Assembly (NCBI GenBank): GCA_963703955.1
Contig: CAVPGK010000013.1
Coordinates: 96,001-160,000, forward strand
Length of the DNA stretch: 64,000 nt
DNA from: Nitrospirota bacterium
GTDB taxonomy: Bacteria > Nitrospirota > Nitrospiria > Nitrospirales > Nitrospiraceae
Direction: 5' to 3'
Made by a program: the position numbers and the translations under genes. Of the stretch, positions 8,748 to 18,629 are shown in pieces (the first letter of the stretch is position 1; every line of letters starts with the position of its first letter). The notes under the pieces were generated by a model. The model ran no database searches, was not told the DNA's origin, and saw only the letters and a list, made by a program, of their open reading frames with translations.

Positions 8748-9980
8748 TCAGTCCGCGTGAAGTATGTTCTTTGCCACATAAGCGGCAATCAGGCGATGCG
8801 TGAAGGCGTTCGGATGGCTGTCGTGCTGATGGAGCTCATACTTCGCATTGGGAGAGCTACCCTCATAATCCGGAATAATGTCCGAGACCAGATGAACACG
8901 CACGTGCTGGTTCCGGAAGCCTTCCAGTACGTGGGAAAGAAATTGGAGATAGTCATGGTCATGCTTGCGGAACATATTGTCCCAGAGAATGACATGGAAC
9001 TCGCTCCCTGGATACATCCGTGCTGCAGTGTCCTTGGCTTGGGACACGACGCCGAGAAACAGTTCGACGTCCTCGCTGGACAGGCTTCGCAATGGACTCA
9101 CCAGTTTGTTGTAGATGGATGATTTTCTCAAGATCTTGGACAGGGTATGACCGACTGGCCCGAGCGAGCGCCAGAACTGTTCGATCTGCGAATAGCGGGT
9201 CTCATCCGCTACGGTGTCAAAGTTACCCTCGGCGATCACGCCCCCACTGTCCGTTCGCCGGTATCGCGGTGCGTGTGGGAACCACGTCATGAGCCCCGCC
9301 ACTCGCTCGATGTGATAGGGGATTGCCTGGTAGATGAGGTGTTTGGGTGGCACCGTCACGACAGCATGGACCAGCCCTCCCTCCAGCGCCGCCAACATCT
9401 GCTGAGGACCATAGCCATGGAAGCCGAAATTGTAAATGGCATAGCGCCCATGCGTCAGCAGCCCAGTCATATAGGGCATGGCCTCATTGTCGGCAACCCC
9501 TTCACCGATTGTGTAGGAGCAACCGAAGAATAGGACCGATCCAAGGGCATTTCGGACATCGTATGGAGGAGCTATGCGTAACCCATTCACATCAAAGGTG
9601 TAGGTGGTCTTGTAGATGGGAACCGAGTTAATCCTCTTCACATGGGTCGCCGTATAGTTCTTCCGAGGGATCATCCCCAAGTCGTCGTCGGAGATCCAAT
9701 AGGGATCCTCGCAGCAATACGAGTTGGTCTTTTGCGGCGTGCTGTTCCATACATAGAGTTCACCCAATGCGAGGGCCAACACTGCGGCGCTCAGGTTTAG
9801 CCACACCGCCTTCGATACGGAACCTCTCGCGGTGAACTCAAGATAGAGCAGGGCCAAAAACCAAATCGTGCAGAACCATGCAAAAGGGACGGATGGTGCC
9901 TTGAGGGAAGCAAAAACGGACAGGATCGCGAGACCAAGAACGGCGAGAGGCCGAAATGATTTGCTGGTGCGCTCAGTCAA
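8748..9980 (-). CDS. Membrane-anchored SGNH/GDSL-like hydrolase
   Basis: N-terminal TM helices, FFGCSYTIGEGV, YNFGFHGYGPQQM and C-terminal DSHPN. Confidence 0.6.
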   Translation of the reverse strand: MTERTSKSFRPLAVLGLAILSVFASLKAPSVPFAWFCTIWFLALLYLEFTARGSVSKAVWLNLSAAVLALALGELYVWNSTPQKTNSYCCEDPYWISDDDLGMIPRKNYTATHVKRINSVPIYKTTYTFDVNGLRIAPPYDVRNALGSVLFFGCSYTIGEGVADNEAMPYMTGLLTHGRYAIYNFGFHGYGPQQMLAALEGGLVHAVVTVPPKHLIYQAIPYHIERVAGLMTWFPHAPRYRRTDSGGVIAEGNFDTVADETRYSQIEQFWRSLGPVGHTLSKILRKSSIYNKLVSPLRSLSSEDVELFLGVVSQAKDTAARMYPGSEFHVILWDNMFRKHDHDYLQFLSHVLEGFRNQHVRVHLVSDIIPDYEGSSPNAKYELHQHDSHPNAFTHRLIAAYVAKNILHAD

Positions 9981-10426
9981 GACTGGACTCCAGGCGGCGC
10001 CAACTGAACATGTGCGCCTACCCGCAGGAAGGGAAACGAGTTGAATCCAACTTCTTGCGGCGCGCGCTCGAGAGCAATTGGTTCATGCGAGTGCCCATCC
10101 ATCCATACGGCTGCTTCTATGGCACGGCGGCGATCTTGCGCGATCGAGCTGCCAGCGGGTTTCTCCTTTCCCCCGGAAACCACCTCGACGAAACGGACTC
10201 CGATCAACATTCCCACCTCAGCGAGACCGGCATCGTTTCTGTCATCCACGGATGCTTGCGCCTGCTCACCGAGCACATCAATTCGGCCGGAGGTGGATGG
10301 ATTCGTCGTTCACGCCCATCGGGCCGCCCTGACGATGATGAAGTCAACGTCGTCCACCGCCGGCAACGTTGTGTTCCTTAAAAGGCTCAGCCTCCGTTCC
10401 GTGGCGACGATCAGAAAGGTCGATTC

Positions 10427-10900
10427 TCAACTCTTCTTCAGGGCGTCAGGAAAACGATCCGATACGAGATTTAGGGTGATGTTGTGCTCAAGGAGCGCCT
10501 TTAATCCGGAGAGCACCAGCGTGAATCCTTCCGTTGAATCGATCGCTTGTTTTACGATCTCATCCCCCTCTCCGCTAAAGCCTGTGTTTGTAACACTGAC
10601 GAACGTCGTATTGTCTGCTCGAGGAGTGAAGATCCACTCCACCGTTGTGGGCGCATCATCATTCGACCATTCAATGAGTATTCGCTTTTTCTCTTCGATC
10701 GCCTTCACGCGAACTTGCACAGAAACATCGTACATTTCCCAATCCCAGCGTATTTGTTTACCCGTTTCTAACCGTCCGCTGCTTTTGGTGAACCAAAACC
10801 TGGAAGTGACGGCGGGATCCACAAAAGCCTCAAACACTTCGCCGGGAGGCCGGCGAATGAGCATTTCTGCCTTTGCGATGGGTGCATGTTGAAGCTTCAT
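10427..10900 (-). CDS. SRPBCC/AHSA1-like protein
   Basis: MLIRRPPGEVFEAFVDPAVTSRFWFTKSSGRLE..DSTEGFTLVLSGLKALLEH. Confidence 0.88.
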   Translation of the reverse strand: MKLQHAPIAKAEMLIRRPPGEVFEAFVDPAVTSRFWFTKSSGRLETGKQIRWDWEMYDVSVQVRVKAIEEKKRILIEWSNDDAPTTVEWIFTPRADNTTFVSVTNTGFSGEGDEIVKQAIDSTEGFTLVLSGLKALLEHNITLNLVSDRFPDALKKS

Positions 10901-10968
10901 ACTATCTCCACTGAATAGCGTGGTCCATCGTCTGGATGCCTTCTTTCATGAAGGCGGTCTTTACCCTA

Positions 10969-11568
10969 TCACTCCTTTCGCTTGTAGGTAATCTCCATCA
11001 TCTTCATGTTTTTGCTGTGCTTGCCGGTGCCGTACAGCTCAAAAACCTGAGTGTTCGCATCCACAACCTTCCAGACCGCGTGGTGCTCCATGCGGCCTTC
11101 AATCGGATCTTGGTGGCCGCCTTTCAGCTTGACGGTTTTTCCGTCAGGGCTGCCGGTTCCTTCCATGACGAAGATACCAGTCCCCATGGAATCCATCCAG
11201 GTCGAGACATACTTCTTCGTGTGGTTGTCGTAGCCGGTCACGCCGATGCCGGTGAATGGCTGTCCCATCATCTCGCCCGTACACTCCTGTTGGAGAAAGC
11301 GCCCGTCGAGCAGCACCTTTTCTTCGCAGGCGCCGGTCGATTCCATCGGAGGCTTATTGGGCTCCATCCAAGACTTGGTCTTGGTTGTCCAACTGCCTGC
11401 CAGACTTGCCAGCTGCTTGTGCGGCTCGCCGGGCGTCGCCAGGTTCTTATACACCTCCATCATCGCCTGCGGGTCCATCTGTTTTGCTTGTTTCTTTTCT
11501 TTGGCCATCACCAGCGATGCAGACATGACAAGACACAGACTCGTGAATGTAATGAGTGTGAGACGCAT
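10969..11568 (-). CDS. DUF1579-domain secreted protein
   Basis: Signal peptide; PGEPHKQLASLAGSW, GYDNHTKKYVSTWMDSMGT. Confidence 0.85.
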   Translation of the reverse strand: MRLTLITFTSLCLVMSASLVMAKEKKQAKQMDPQAMMEVYKNLATPGEPHKQLASLAGSWTTKTKSWMEPNKPPMESTGACEEKVLLDGRFLQQECTGEMMGQPFTGIGVTGYDNHTKKYVSTWMDSMGTGIFVMEGTGSPDGKTVKLKGGHQDPIEGRMEHHAVWKVVDANTQVFELYGTGKHSKNMKMMEITYKRKE

Positions 11569-11639
11569 GGTTGCCTCCTTCAGGTTGAATGGTTTCGGAC
11601 AGGTCTGCTTCATTACATAAGACAGGAACAAAGGCGAAT

Positions 11640-12089
11640 TCAACCGCACTTCTGCTGCTTCATCCATACCTCGGCACGCTTCTTAATCTCCTCGGGCGTC
11701 ACATCTTCGATGTGCGTGTGAATCCACCACTGGTTACCGGCAAAATCTTTCACGCCGGCGCTGCGGTCGCCATAGAACTGATCGCTCGGTTCTCTGACGG
11801 ATGCGGCTCCGGCCCGCAGCGCCCGCTTATACCAGGCATCCGCGTCCTCTACGTAGAGTGCCACTGTGATCTGGATCGGCTTCCATTGATCGGTGGCTTC
11901 GCCCACCATCACCATCGAATCACCGATTTTCACCTCGGCGTGCATGACGCTGCCGTCCGGACCCGCCAGACGATAGGTCTCCTTCGCATCGAACGCCTGT
12001 TGCAGAAACTCGATCAGTTTCGCCGCCCCGTGAACGGTGAGGACCGGTGTCACGGTATGATAGCCATCAGGAATGGGTTTCACGGGCAT
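11640..12089 (-). CDS. VOC/glyoxalase (PhnB-like) protein
   Basis: IPDGYHTVTP, HAEVKIGDS, DQFYGDRSAGVKD. Confidence 0.9.
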   Translation of the reverse strand: MPVKPIPDGYHTVTPVLTVHGAAKLIEFLQQAFDAKETYRLAGPDGSVMHAEVKIGDSMVMVGEATDQWKPIQITVALYVEDADAWYKRALRAGAASVREPSDQFYGDRSAGVKDFAGNQWWIHTHIEDVTPEEIKKRAEVWMKQQKCG

Positions 12090-12162
12090 GGGTGTGTCCT
12101 CCTCTGGGAGTTGTGTGGTTCTCTCTCTGTCTTCCGGCACGCTGATTTCAAGGCCCCTTTCA

Positions 12163-12513
12163 TTAGCTAAGTCGCACCGAGCCCTCCCGATCGTTCCATG
12201 CGGCGATTTCGGCCTGCGTCCGTTTCCTAGCGTGTTGTTGGATCCATCCCGCGACTTGATCGTCTGTCGCACCAGTGGCGACGAAGGCCCGGAATGCGTT
12301 GTAGTCAAGCTCGGCGAATTTTAACCACCGCTGGTCGAGCGGGCAGTTGGAAAAATATTCGCCCTGCCAGTCGACAAGTGCCGCGCGGCACTTATCCAGT
12401 GCGCGCGCAGCCAACGCATAACCACCGAGCTTTTCACGCGGGCTGCGCGGGGATGCCTTGTCCTCCCGTAGATCCCGGGCCAGCAGTTTGACCTTCTCGA
12501 TGTTCTCTTTCAT
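12163..12513 (-). CDS. DUF5069-domain protein (3' end possibly frameshifted)
   Basis: PRSPREKLGGY..RALDKCRA..GEY..CPLDQ. Confidence 0.75.
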   Translation of the reverse strand: MKENIEKVKLLARDLREDKASPRSPREKLGGYALAARALDKCRAALVDWQGEYFSNCPLDQRWLKFAELDYNAFRAFVATGATDDQVAGWIQQHARKRTQAEIAAWNDREGSVRLS

Positions 12514-12569
12514 GGATTGCTCCTACCAGCCCTCCCGCCCCGCCCCAGCGACGTGCACGTGCCGTCGAG

Positions 12570-13028
12570 TCAGCGAGAATGATAAACGTGATGTAATGCG
12601 TCACCAACAGGGCAGGTACCCAGAATGCAGGGATCCAGTGTCGCCGGCCCCATGAACGCTGATGCTCCGTAGACCGTGGCCAGTGTGACCGCTGCAATGA
12701 GATCCAGCGTTCCTTCAACATTAAATACCCATACGAGAATCCTAGCCCGGTTCATGCCTCTCGCCACAGCCAGAAGTGCAATGAGAGCGAGCGCTGCGGC
12801 GAGCAGATCTCCGAGTGCGGCGGGAAAGGCAAATTGCGAAGGGATGCCGGCATACGTGGCGCCGGGCGCCAGAAACATGAGCCCGAGGTGTCGGAACGAA
12901 TGCAGCAGAAGAATCGGCAGCAGCACGGTTTGAGGTCTCAGCTCTGAGAGTTTGGGCAGAACGTAGATCCTAGCGGCTACCCAAAACACAAGAGTGCTGC
13001 ATAAGAGATTGATCGTGAGAATATTCAT
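12570..13028 (-). CDS. Hypothetical membrane protein (frameshift near 3' end)
   Basis: Hydrophobic segments; PILLLHSFRHLGLMFL, WVFNVEGTLDL. Confidence 0.65.
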   Translation of the reverse strand: MNILTINLLCSTLVFWVAARIYVLPKLSELRPQTVLLPILLLHSFRHLGLMFLAPGATYAGIPSQFAFPAALGDLLAAALALIALLAVARGMNRARILVWVFNVEGTLDLIAAVTLATVYGASAFMGPATLDPCILGTCPVGDALHHVYHSR

Positions 13029-13055
13029 CTAGCCGAGCCCGGGTACCCCGCACGT

Positions 13056-13416
13056 TCAGGCTTCGACGAGGACCTTGAATCCGCCGTAGACCATGCGCTT
13101 GACGTCGAAGGGCATGTCCTTCGGTCCACCCATGCTTGCGATGCGCGGGTCCTTCATCACCTTCGCGTTGACGCGATCGCGATGCGCCCGCGACTTGAAC
13201 ACGATGTAGGAGAACACCACCGTCTCGCCGGGCTTCAACTTCATCATTCGCGGGAACGGCACCCCACCTTCGCCTTGAGGTCGTCGCCGACGCATTCCTT
13301 GTAGTCGAGCGCGCCGTGCTTCGCGCCACACTTTGCTCTCCCTTCTGCGCCATGCGGAGATAGGCCTTCAGGTTCTTCTTGGGTACGGGCAGGACATATC
13401 CATCGACGTATCGCAT
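13056..13416 (-). CDS. DUF1428 (YbaA-like) protein with frameshifts
   Basis: YVDGYVLPVPKKNLKAY, ETVVFSYIVFKSRAHRDRVN and MPFDVKRMVYGGF spread over different frames. Confidence 0.85.
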
Positions 13417-13431
13417 GTGAACTCTCCTTTC

Positions 13432-13959
13432 TTACGTTTCAGTTATCGCTTTCAAGTTGGCGAGGCCTGTCTCGAAGTCTTTGCCGATCATTTTGTCGCA
13501 ATCCATGAAGAGGCTCATCAACTTCCCTATGTAGGGTTGAGGTCCGTGCATAGCCCATGTGACCTGGGTCGAGTCGCCTTTGGCGTCCAACTTGTATTCG
13601 ACGATGTTGTGGGCATCGAATGGTTCGATCATATCCAGCGCGATCGTGATCTTGGAAGGAGGAGCGGTGTCCGTAATCGTCAAGCGTCCCTTGCCTACTT
13701 CCTTGTTGCCATCGAATTGATAGACGGCACCCTTGCCGTTTGGTGCACCGCTGATAGCTCTCTTCATCGCGGGGTCTTTCTTCTCATAGGGCGACCAGGA
13801 CTCCGACTGATGGAAATCGCTCAGGATCGCAAAGATCTTCTCCGGCGGTGCTTTGATGCTGGCCGAGCGCTGGACACGGAAGGTGTCAGGCTTGGTGGCG
13901 GCGTATGCGAGCAGCGCGGCGACCAGACCGAGGGTAATGAGAGCGAGTGTCTTGACCAT
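13432..13959 (-). CDS. SRPBCC (polyketide cyclase-like) protein
   Basis: FRVQRSASIKAPPEKIF..WSPY..MIGKDFETGLANLK. Confidence 0.88.
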   Translation of the reverse strand: MVKTLALITLGLVAALLAYAATKPDTFRVQRSASIKAPPEKIFAILSDFHQSESWSPYEKKDPAMKRAISGAPNGKGAVYQFDGNKEVGKGRLTITDTAPPSKITIALDMIEPFDAHNIVEYKLDAKGDSTQVTWAMHGPQPYIGKLMSLFMDCDKMIGKDFETGLANLKAITET

Positions 13960-14016
13960 GGGTTCCTCCGTTACGATGTAAGATTATGGGATAGCAGTGA
14001 CCCGGGCGCAGCACGC

Positions 14017-14433
14017 CTAGTTCGGCTTCTTGACCCCCATGTCGCGGAAGCGTTCGATCTCTTTACTTGGACCGAAGTCCTCCAGTTCGAACAACTGACG
14101 CACTTCGATCTCGGCTTCCTTGCCGTCGACCGCGGGGTTGGGAAAGCGCTTCGTCCACTCAATCGCCTCTTGCCTCGACTTCACCTGGATGAGGGTATAG
14201 CCCGCGATGAGCTCTTTCGTCTCGGCGAACGGCCCATCGATCATGGCGTGTTTCTTTCCGGAGTACTTGATGCGCCAGCCCTTCGAGGTTGCTTGAAGCC
14301 CGGAGGCATCGACCAGCACACCGGCCTTCTGCAACTGCTCATGGTACGTTGCCATATCCGCAATGAGTTGTTCGCTCGGCATCACGCCGGCTTCCGAATC
14401 CTTGGTGGCTTTGACAATAATCATGAATCGCAT
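14017..14433 (-). CDS. YciI/DGPF-domain protein
   Basis: IDGPFAETKELIAGY..EAIEW..EIEVRQ. Confidence 0.92.
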   Translation of the reverse strand: MRFMIIVKATKDSEAGVMPSEQLIADMATYHEQLQKAGVLVDASGLQATSKGWRIKYSGKKHAMIDGPFAETKELIAGYTLIQVKSRQEAIEWTKRFPNPAVDGKEAEIEVRQLFELEDFGPSKEIERFRDMGVKKPN

Positions 14434-14506
14434 GACGCTCTCTCCATTGGTTTCGGCTTCAGAGCCGGGCTTCCGGCCCGACTGGCTGCCCCGGGTTCTA
14501 CTACTT

Positions 14507-14532
14507 GTCGAACGAGGGTCCCGAAATCGACA
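14507..14532 (-). promoter_or_regulatory. ECF42-type sigma promoter (TGTCGA-N16-CGAC)
   Basis: Minus strand reads TGTCGATTTCGGGACCCTCGTTCGAC, ~75 bp upstream of the DGPF gene. Confidence 0.7.
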
Positions 14533-14638
14533 GGGGTTATGAACCGGGACAGACTATTTTTCCTATCCCTTACCGCTTATCTGGAGCGTCGTTCTTACAT
14601 CGTGAGAAGGTTGCCTGTCCTATTTCTCTTTCCAACCA

Positions 14639-15004
14639 CTAGACACGCGTCATCAGCTCGAGAAGGTGTCCGTTGGGATCGCGGAAGTAGACGCCCCTGC
14701 CGCCGTTCCAATCATTGAGCTTTCGGTTCTCCACATTCCAAGGCTCGCTACCATACGTGAGTCCCGCCTCTTGTATGCGTTTGAAAATCGCGTCGAATTC
14801 CGGGTCACTCACATGGAAGGCGTAGTGATGGATATCGAAACTGTCGGCATTGTCGAAATCAAGGGTCAGGGTCTCGTTGACGCGCACCGGAGCAAAGTGT
14901 CCACCAGGCCCCTCGTATGTCAATCCAAAGATGTCCGCGAAAAACCGAGCCGAGGTTTCCTTGTCATGCGCCGGCACGATGGTATGATTCAGAACGATAG
15001 CCAC
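14639..15004 (-). CDS. VOC family protein
   Basis: LNHTIVPAHDK, HHYAFHVS, GGRGVYFRDPNGHLLE. Confidence 0.9.
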   Translation of the reverse strand: MAIVLNHTIVPAHDKETSARFFADIFGLTYEGPGGHFAPVRVNETLTLDFDNADSFDIHHYAFHVSDPEFDAIFKRIQEAGLTYGSEPWNVENRKLNDWNGGRGVYFRDPNGHLLELMTRV

Positions 15005-15077
15005 TCAGCCTCCTTGTCGGATCCTTCCGCACTGTCTTCCGTTCGGTTCCTCTCTCACAGAGGAGGGGAAGCCGCCT

Positions 15078-15476
15078 TCATTTGGTAGAGGGTCTGGATG
15101 GCGCCGCTGAGATCGCATCGACCCTATCGGGGTAGAAAGCCAGGTGATCTTTGATGGCGATCACCTCGTCGTAAGGCTTTTCATAGCTCCAGACCGCGTT
15201 CTCTGCCGTGCGCCCGCTCGACAACGTGAAGTACGACGCATCCCCTTTGAAAGGACAGTATGTGTGGTGTTCGGTACGGATGAGGCGATCCATTCTGACG
15301 TCTCGGCGTGGCAGGTAATAGACCGGCGGGTAGTCGGCTTCGCGAAGGCGGATGGCATCGGTGGTGTCGGCGATGACATCCCCGTTGAACGTCACCTTGA
15401 CGCGCTCGTTCGCCCGCTCGACCTCGACGCGATGCTCGGGATGTCTCTTGTATCCCGGTCCGCTGTTTGACATCAC
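15078..15476 (-). CDS. DUF427-domain protein
   Basis: YPPVYYLPR, TYCPFKGDASYF, AVWSYEKP, LAFY. Confidence 0.9.
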   Translation of the reverse strand: MMSNSGPGYKRHPEHRVEVERANERVKVTFNGDVIADTTDAIRLREADYPPVYYLPRRDVRMDRLIRTEHHTYCPFKGDASYFTLSSGRTAENAVWSYEKPYDEVIAIKDHLAFYPDRVDAISAAPSRPSTK

Positions 15477-15483
15477 TCACCTC

Positions 15484-18400
15484 TTACGAGGCTTCGATCG
15501 GAGCGCCATGTGGCCTTCCGGCCGGTCGAGCGATCAGCAGCCTCTCTTGTTCGATCTCCTCATGCGCCGGGCTTGGCTGGCGCTGGGCCGCGATGAGCGA
15601 GTAGAACACCGGCACGATGAACAGGGTGAACAGAGTCCCGATGGTCATGCCGGTGACCAGCACGGTCCCGATACTATTGCGGGCCGCGGCTCCTGGACCG
15701 GACACCAGCACCAGTGGGAGGTGCCCAAAGACAGTCGCCGCCGAGGTCATCAGCACCGGTCGCAGCCGCGTGAGCGACGCCTCGCGCAGCGCGGCCGCCT
15801 TCGAGAGACCGCGGGCCTGCAGCGTGTTCGCGAACTCTACGATCAGAATACCGTTCTTCGCGATCAATCCCACCAATGTGATCAGCCCGACCTGGGAGTA
15901 GATGTTGATCGTAGTGAGATCCAGGAAGCTGAACACCAGCGCGCCGGAGATCGCAAGCGGAACCGAGCCCAGCAGGACAATCAGCGGGTCGCGAAAGCTC
16001 TGGAACTGCGCCGCAAGAACCAAATAGATGAGCACGAGTGCGAACCCGAGCGTGACGGTCAGCGCCGATCCCTCGTGCCGGATCTGCCGCGACTCCCCTC
16101 CGTAGTCGAGGATGACGCGCGGGCCGCCCGCCGTGGCCGCGGCGGCCTCGAGCACGCGCAAGCCCTCCTCCTTTGTGACGCCGGGCTTGACCCCGCCGAA
16201 GACCCGCGCCGAGTTGCGCTGCTGGAAGCGGTTCAAGGTGCGGGGCGCGGTGCTCGACTCGATGTGCGTGAACGTCGACACCGGCACGAGCTGCCCACCT
16301 GGCGTCTTGATCTTGAGGTCGAGCAGGGGGTCGATGGTGGCGCGGTCCTTGTCGCCGATCTGTGGGATGACCTTGTAGCTGCGGTCGAAGAAGTTGAAAC
16401 GATTCACGTACGCGCCGCCGAGCAGCGTCCCGAGCTCTCGGCCGACGCCGGCCAAGTCAAGGCCGAGGTCGGCGAGACGCTCGCGGTCGAGCACCACGCG
16501 CGCTTCGGGCAGGTCGATCTTCAGATCGGTGTCCACATACAAGAACTTGCCGCTTTGCCATCCGGCGCCGAGTACCGCGGCCGTCGTCTCGAGCATCTGC
16601 CCGACCGGCGCATCGCTCTGCAGCACCAGCTCGACGTCATATTGACCGGCGGTCGGTAGTGGCGGGTCGAGACGGGGGAAGATGCGCAGGCCGGGCACCT
16701 GCGACACCGCGCCGAACACCTCACCGTAAATCTCCTCAGTGGAGCGAGTGCGCTCGCGCCAGTCCTTCGCGACCATGCCGCCGAAGCCGCCCCACGCCGT
16801 GGTCAGCGACCACATGAACCTGGCCTCGGGGAATGACCTGATCGCGCCGACGACCTTCAGCGAGTCCCGGTTGGTTGCCGCTAATGTAGAGTCCGGCGAT
16901 GCCTCGAGGAAGAGACTGATGTGGCTCTGATCCTCCACAGGCGCCAGCTCCTGCCGCGAGAACATGTACAGCGGCCACGCCGCGACCATGATGAGCAGCG
17001 AAGCCGTCACGATCGCCCAGCGCATCTCCAGCGCACGGTCGAGCAGCCTGGCGTACGCGCGGCGCACGAGCTCGAAAGCGCGGTTGACCAGCGAGGTCAG
17101 CCTGCCTTCCTTACCCTGCGGGTGCACGAAGCGCGAACTCATGACCGGCGAGAGCGTCACCGCGACGATACCCGACAGGACGACCGCGGCGGCGAGCGTG
17201 ATCGCGAACTCCAGGAACAGCGAACCGGTTAGACCCCCCTGGAAACCGATCGGCGCGTAAACCGTGGCCAGCGTGATCGTCATGGCGATGATCGGACCGA
17301 TCAACTCGCGCGCTCCGGTCAGCGCCGCCTCGATCCGTGACTTGCCCAAGCGCACGTGCCGCTCGACGTTCTCAACGACGACGATCGCGTCGTCGACGAC
17401 CAAGCCCACCGACAGCACGATCGCGAGGATCGTTAATAGATTGAGGCTGAAGCCGAACGCGAACATGAAGATCGCCGCCCCGATCAGCGACACCGGCATG
17501 GCGACGAGCGGCACCAGCGCGGTGCGCATCGAGCCCATGAACAGGAAGACTACGATCGCGACGATCAAGATCGTCTCGGCGAGCGTCTTGGTGATTTCCT
17601 TCAGCGCGTTCTCCATGAACATCGTCCCGTCCCAGACGAGCCGCATGTCGATGTCTTTCGGCAACGTCGGCCGGATGCGCTCCATCTCGCTGCGCAGCCG
17701 GTGCGCGACCTCGATCTCGTTCGAGCCGACAAGCGGCCACACTCCAAGGTACACACCCTCCAGGTCGTTGTACTTCGCGACCATGTCGGCTTCCTCCGCG
17801 CCAAGCTCGACCCGCGCCACATCGCTTAGACGCACGATGGCGCCTCCGCGATCGGCGACGATCAGCTTCTCGAACTCGTCGGCCGAGCGCAGGTCGGTGT
17901 TCGCAAGCAGGTTGACCTGCACGAGGTTGCCTTTCGTCCGGCCGACGGCGGCCAAGTAGTTGTTGCGCCGCAGAGCCGCCTGCACGTCGCCGGGCGAGAG
18001 GTTGTACACGGCGAGGCGATCCGGGTCGATCCAGACGCGCATGGCGATCTGGCGACCGCCCTCGATAGTCACGCGTTGGACGCCGGACAGCGTCGACAGT
18101 TGCGGCTGCAGCGTGCGCAGCAGCCAATCGGTAATGGCCGGCACGCTCCGCTCTGTGGACGTGAAGCTGAGGTAGAACGAGGCGTACGGCCGATCGGCGC
18201 GTTGCACCTCGATCGCGGGCGGCTCGGCTTCCGCCGGCAGCTCCGACCGCACCTGTTGTAGGCGCGCCGTGACCTCGGCGAGCGCCGCCGTGCTGCTGTG
18301 GTTCAACTTCAGGTGCACTGTCACGGTGCTGACGCCGGCGCGGCTGGTCGACTCGACGTAGTCGACGCCGCCGATTGCCGACACGACGCGTTCGATGGGG

Positions 18401-18597
18401 GTGGTCAGGAAACCGCGAACGGTCTCGGCGCTGGCGCCGTAGTAGACCGTTGTGATCACCACTGACGAACTCTCGATCTTCGGGTATTGCTGAACGGGGA
18501 GGGTCGTCAGCGCTCGCCAACCAACGAGCACGATCACGAGATTCACGACCACCGCCAGCACGGGGTGCTTGATAAACACGTCGGTGAATGAGCGCAT
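15484..18597 (-). CDS. RND efflux permease (AcrB/AcrD/AcrF family)
   Basis: 1037 aa; GLVVDDAIVVVEN, GLIAKNGILIVEF and RLRPVLMT motifs. Confidence 0.96.
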   Translation of the reverse strand: MRSFTDVFIKHPVLAVVVNLVIVLVGWRALTTLPVQQYPKIESSSVVITTVYYGASAETVRGFLTTPIERVVSAIGGVDYVESTSRAGVSTVTVHLKLNHSSTAALAEVTARLQQVRSELPAEAEPPAIEVQRADRPYASFYLSFTSTERSVPAITDWLLRTLQPQLSTLSGVQRVTIEGGRQIAMRVWIDPDRLAVYNLSPGDVQAALRRNNYLAAVGRTKGNLVQVNLLANTDLRSADEFEKLIVADRGGAIVRLSDVARVELGAEEADMVAKYNDLEGVYLGVWPLVGSNEIEVAHRLRSEMERIRPTLPKDIDMRLVWDGTMFMENALKEITKTLAETILIVAIVVFLFMGSMRTALVPLVAMPVSLIGAAIFMFAFGFSLNLLTILAIVLSVGLVVDDAIVVVENVERHVRLGKSRIEAALTGARELIGPIIAMTITLATVYAPIGFQGGLTGSLFLEFAITLAAAVVLSGIVAVTLSPVMSSRFVHPQGKEGRLTSLVNRAFELVRRAYARLLDRALEMRWAIVTASLLIMVAAWPLYMFSRQELAPVEDQSHISLFLEASPDSTLAATNRDSLKVVGAIRSFPEARFMWSLTTAWGGFGGMVAKDWRERTRSTEEIYGEVFGAVSQVPGLRIFPRLDPPLPTAGQYDVELVLQSDAPVGQMLETTAAVLGAGWQSGKFLYVDTDLKIDLPEARVVLDRERLADLGLDLAGVGRELGTLLGGAYVNRFNFFDRSYKVIPQIGDKDRATIDPLLDLKIKTPGGQLVPVSTFTHIESSTAPRTLNRFQQRNSARVFGGVKPGVTKEEGLRVLEAAAATAGGPRVILDYGGESRQIRHEGSALTVTLGFALVLIYLVLAAQFQSFRDPLIVLLGSVPLAISGALVFSFLDLTTINIYSQVGLITLVGLIAKNGILIVEFANTLQARGLSKAAALREASLTRLRPVLMTSAATVFGHLPLVLVSGPGAAARNSIGTVLVTGMTIGTLFTLFIVPVFYSLIAAQRQPSPAHEEIEQERLLIARPAGRPHGAPIEAS

Positions 18598-18629
18598 GGG
18601 GATGTCCTTGTTGCGTCGTCGCAGTTCGC

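Noticed and set aside
9956..10400. ORFs between the SGNH-like and SRPBCC genes
   Set aside because: Only a short glutamine amidotransferase-like trace (LPAVDDVDFII..GPMGVNDE) on the minus strand; too degraded to call
13333..14718. 461-aa plus-strand ORF and similar long antisense ORFs (2519-3433, 15352-16659, 37706-38812, 39249-40379)
   Set aside because: Shadow frames of well-supported opposite-strand genes in GC-rich DNA
1..15476. Integron cassette array (small genes, TA modules, DHFR-like gene)
   Set aside because: No integrase, mixed gene orientations, and no convincing recurring attC (RYYYAAC..GTTRRRY) structures
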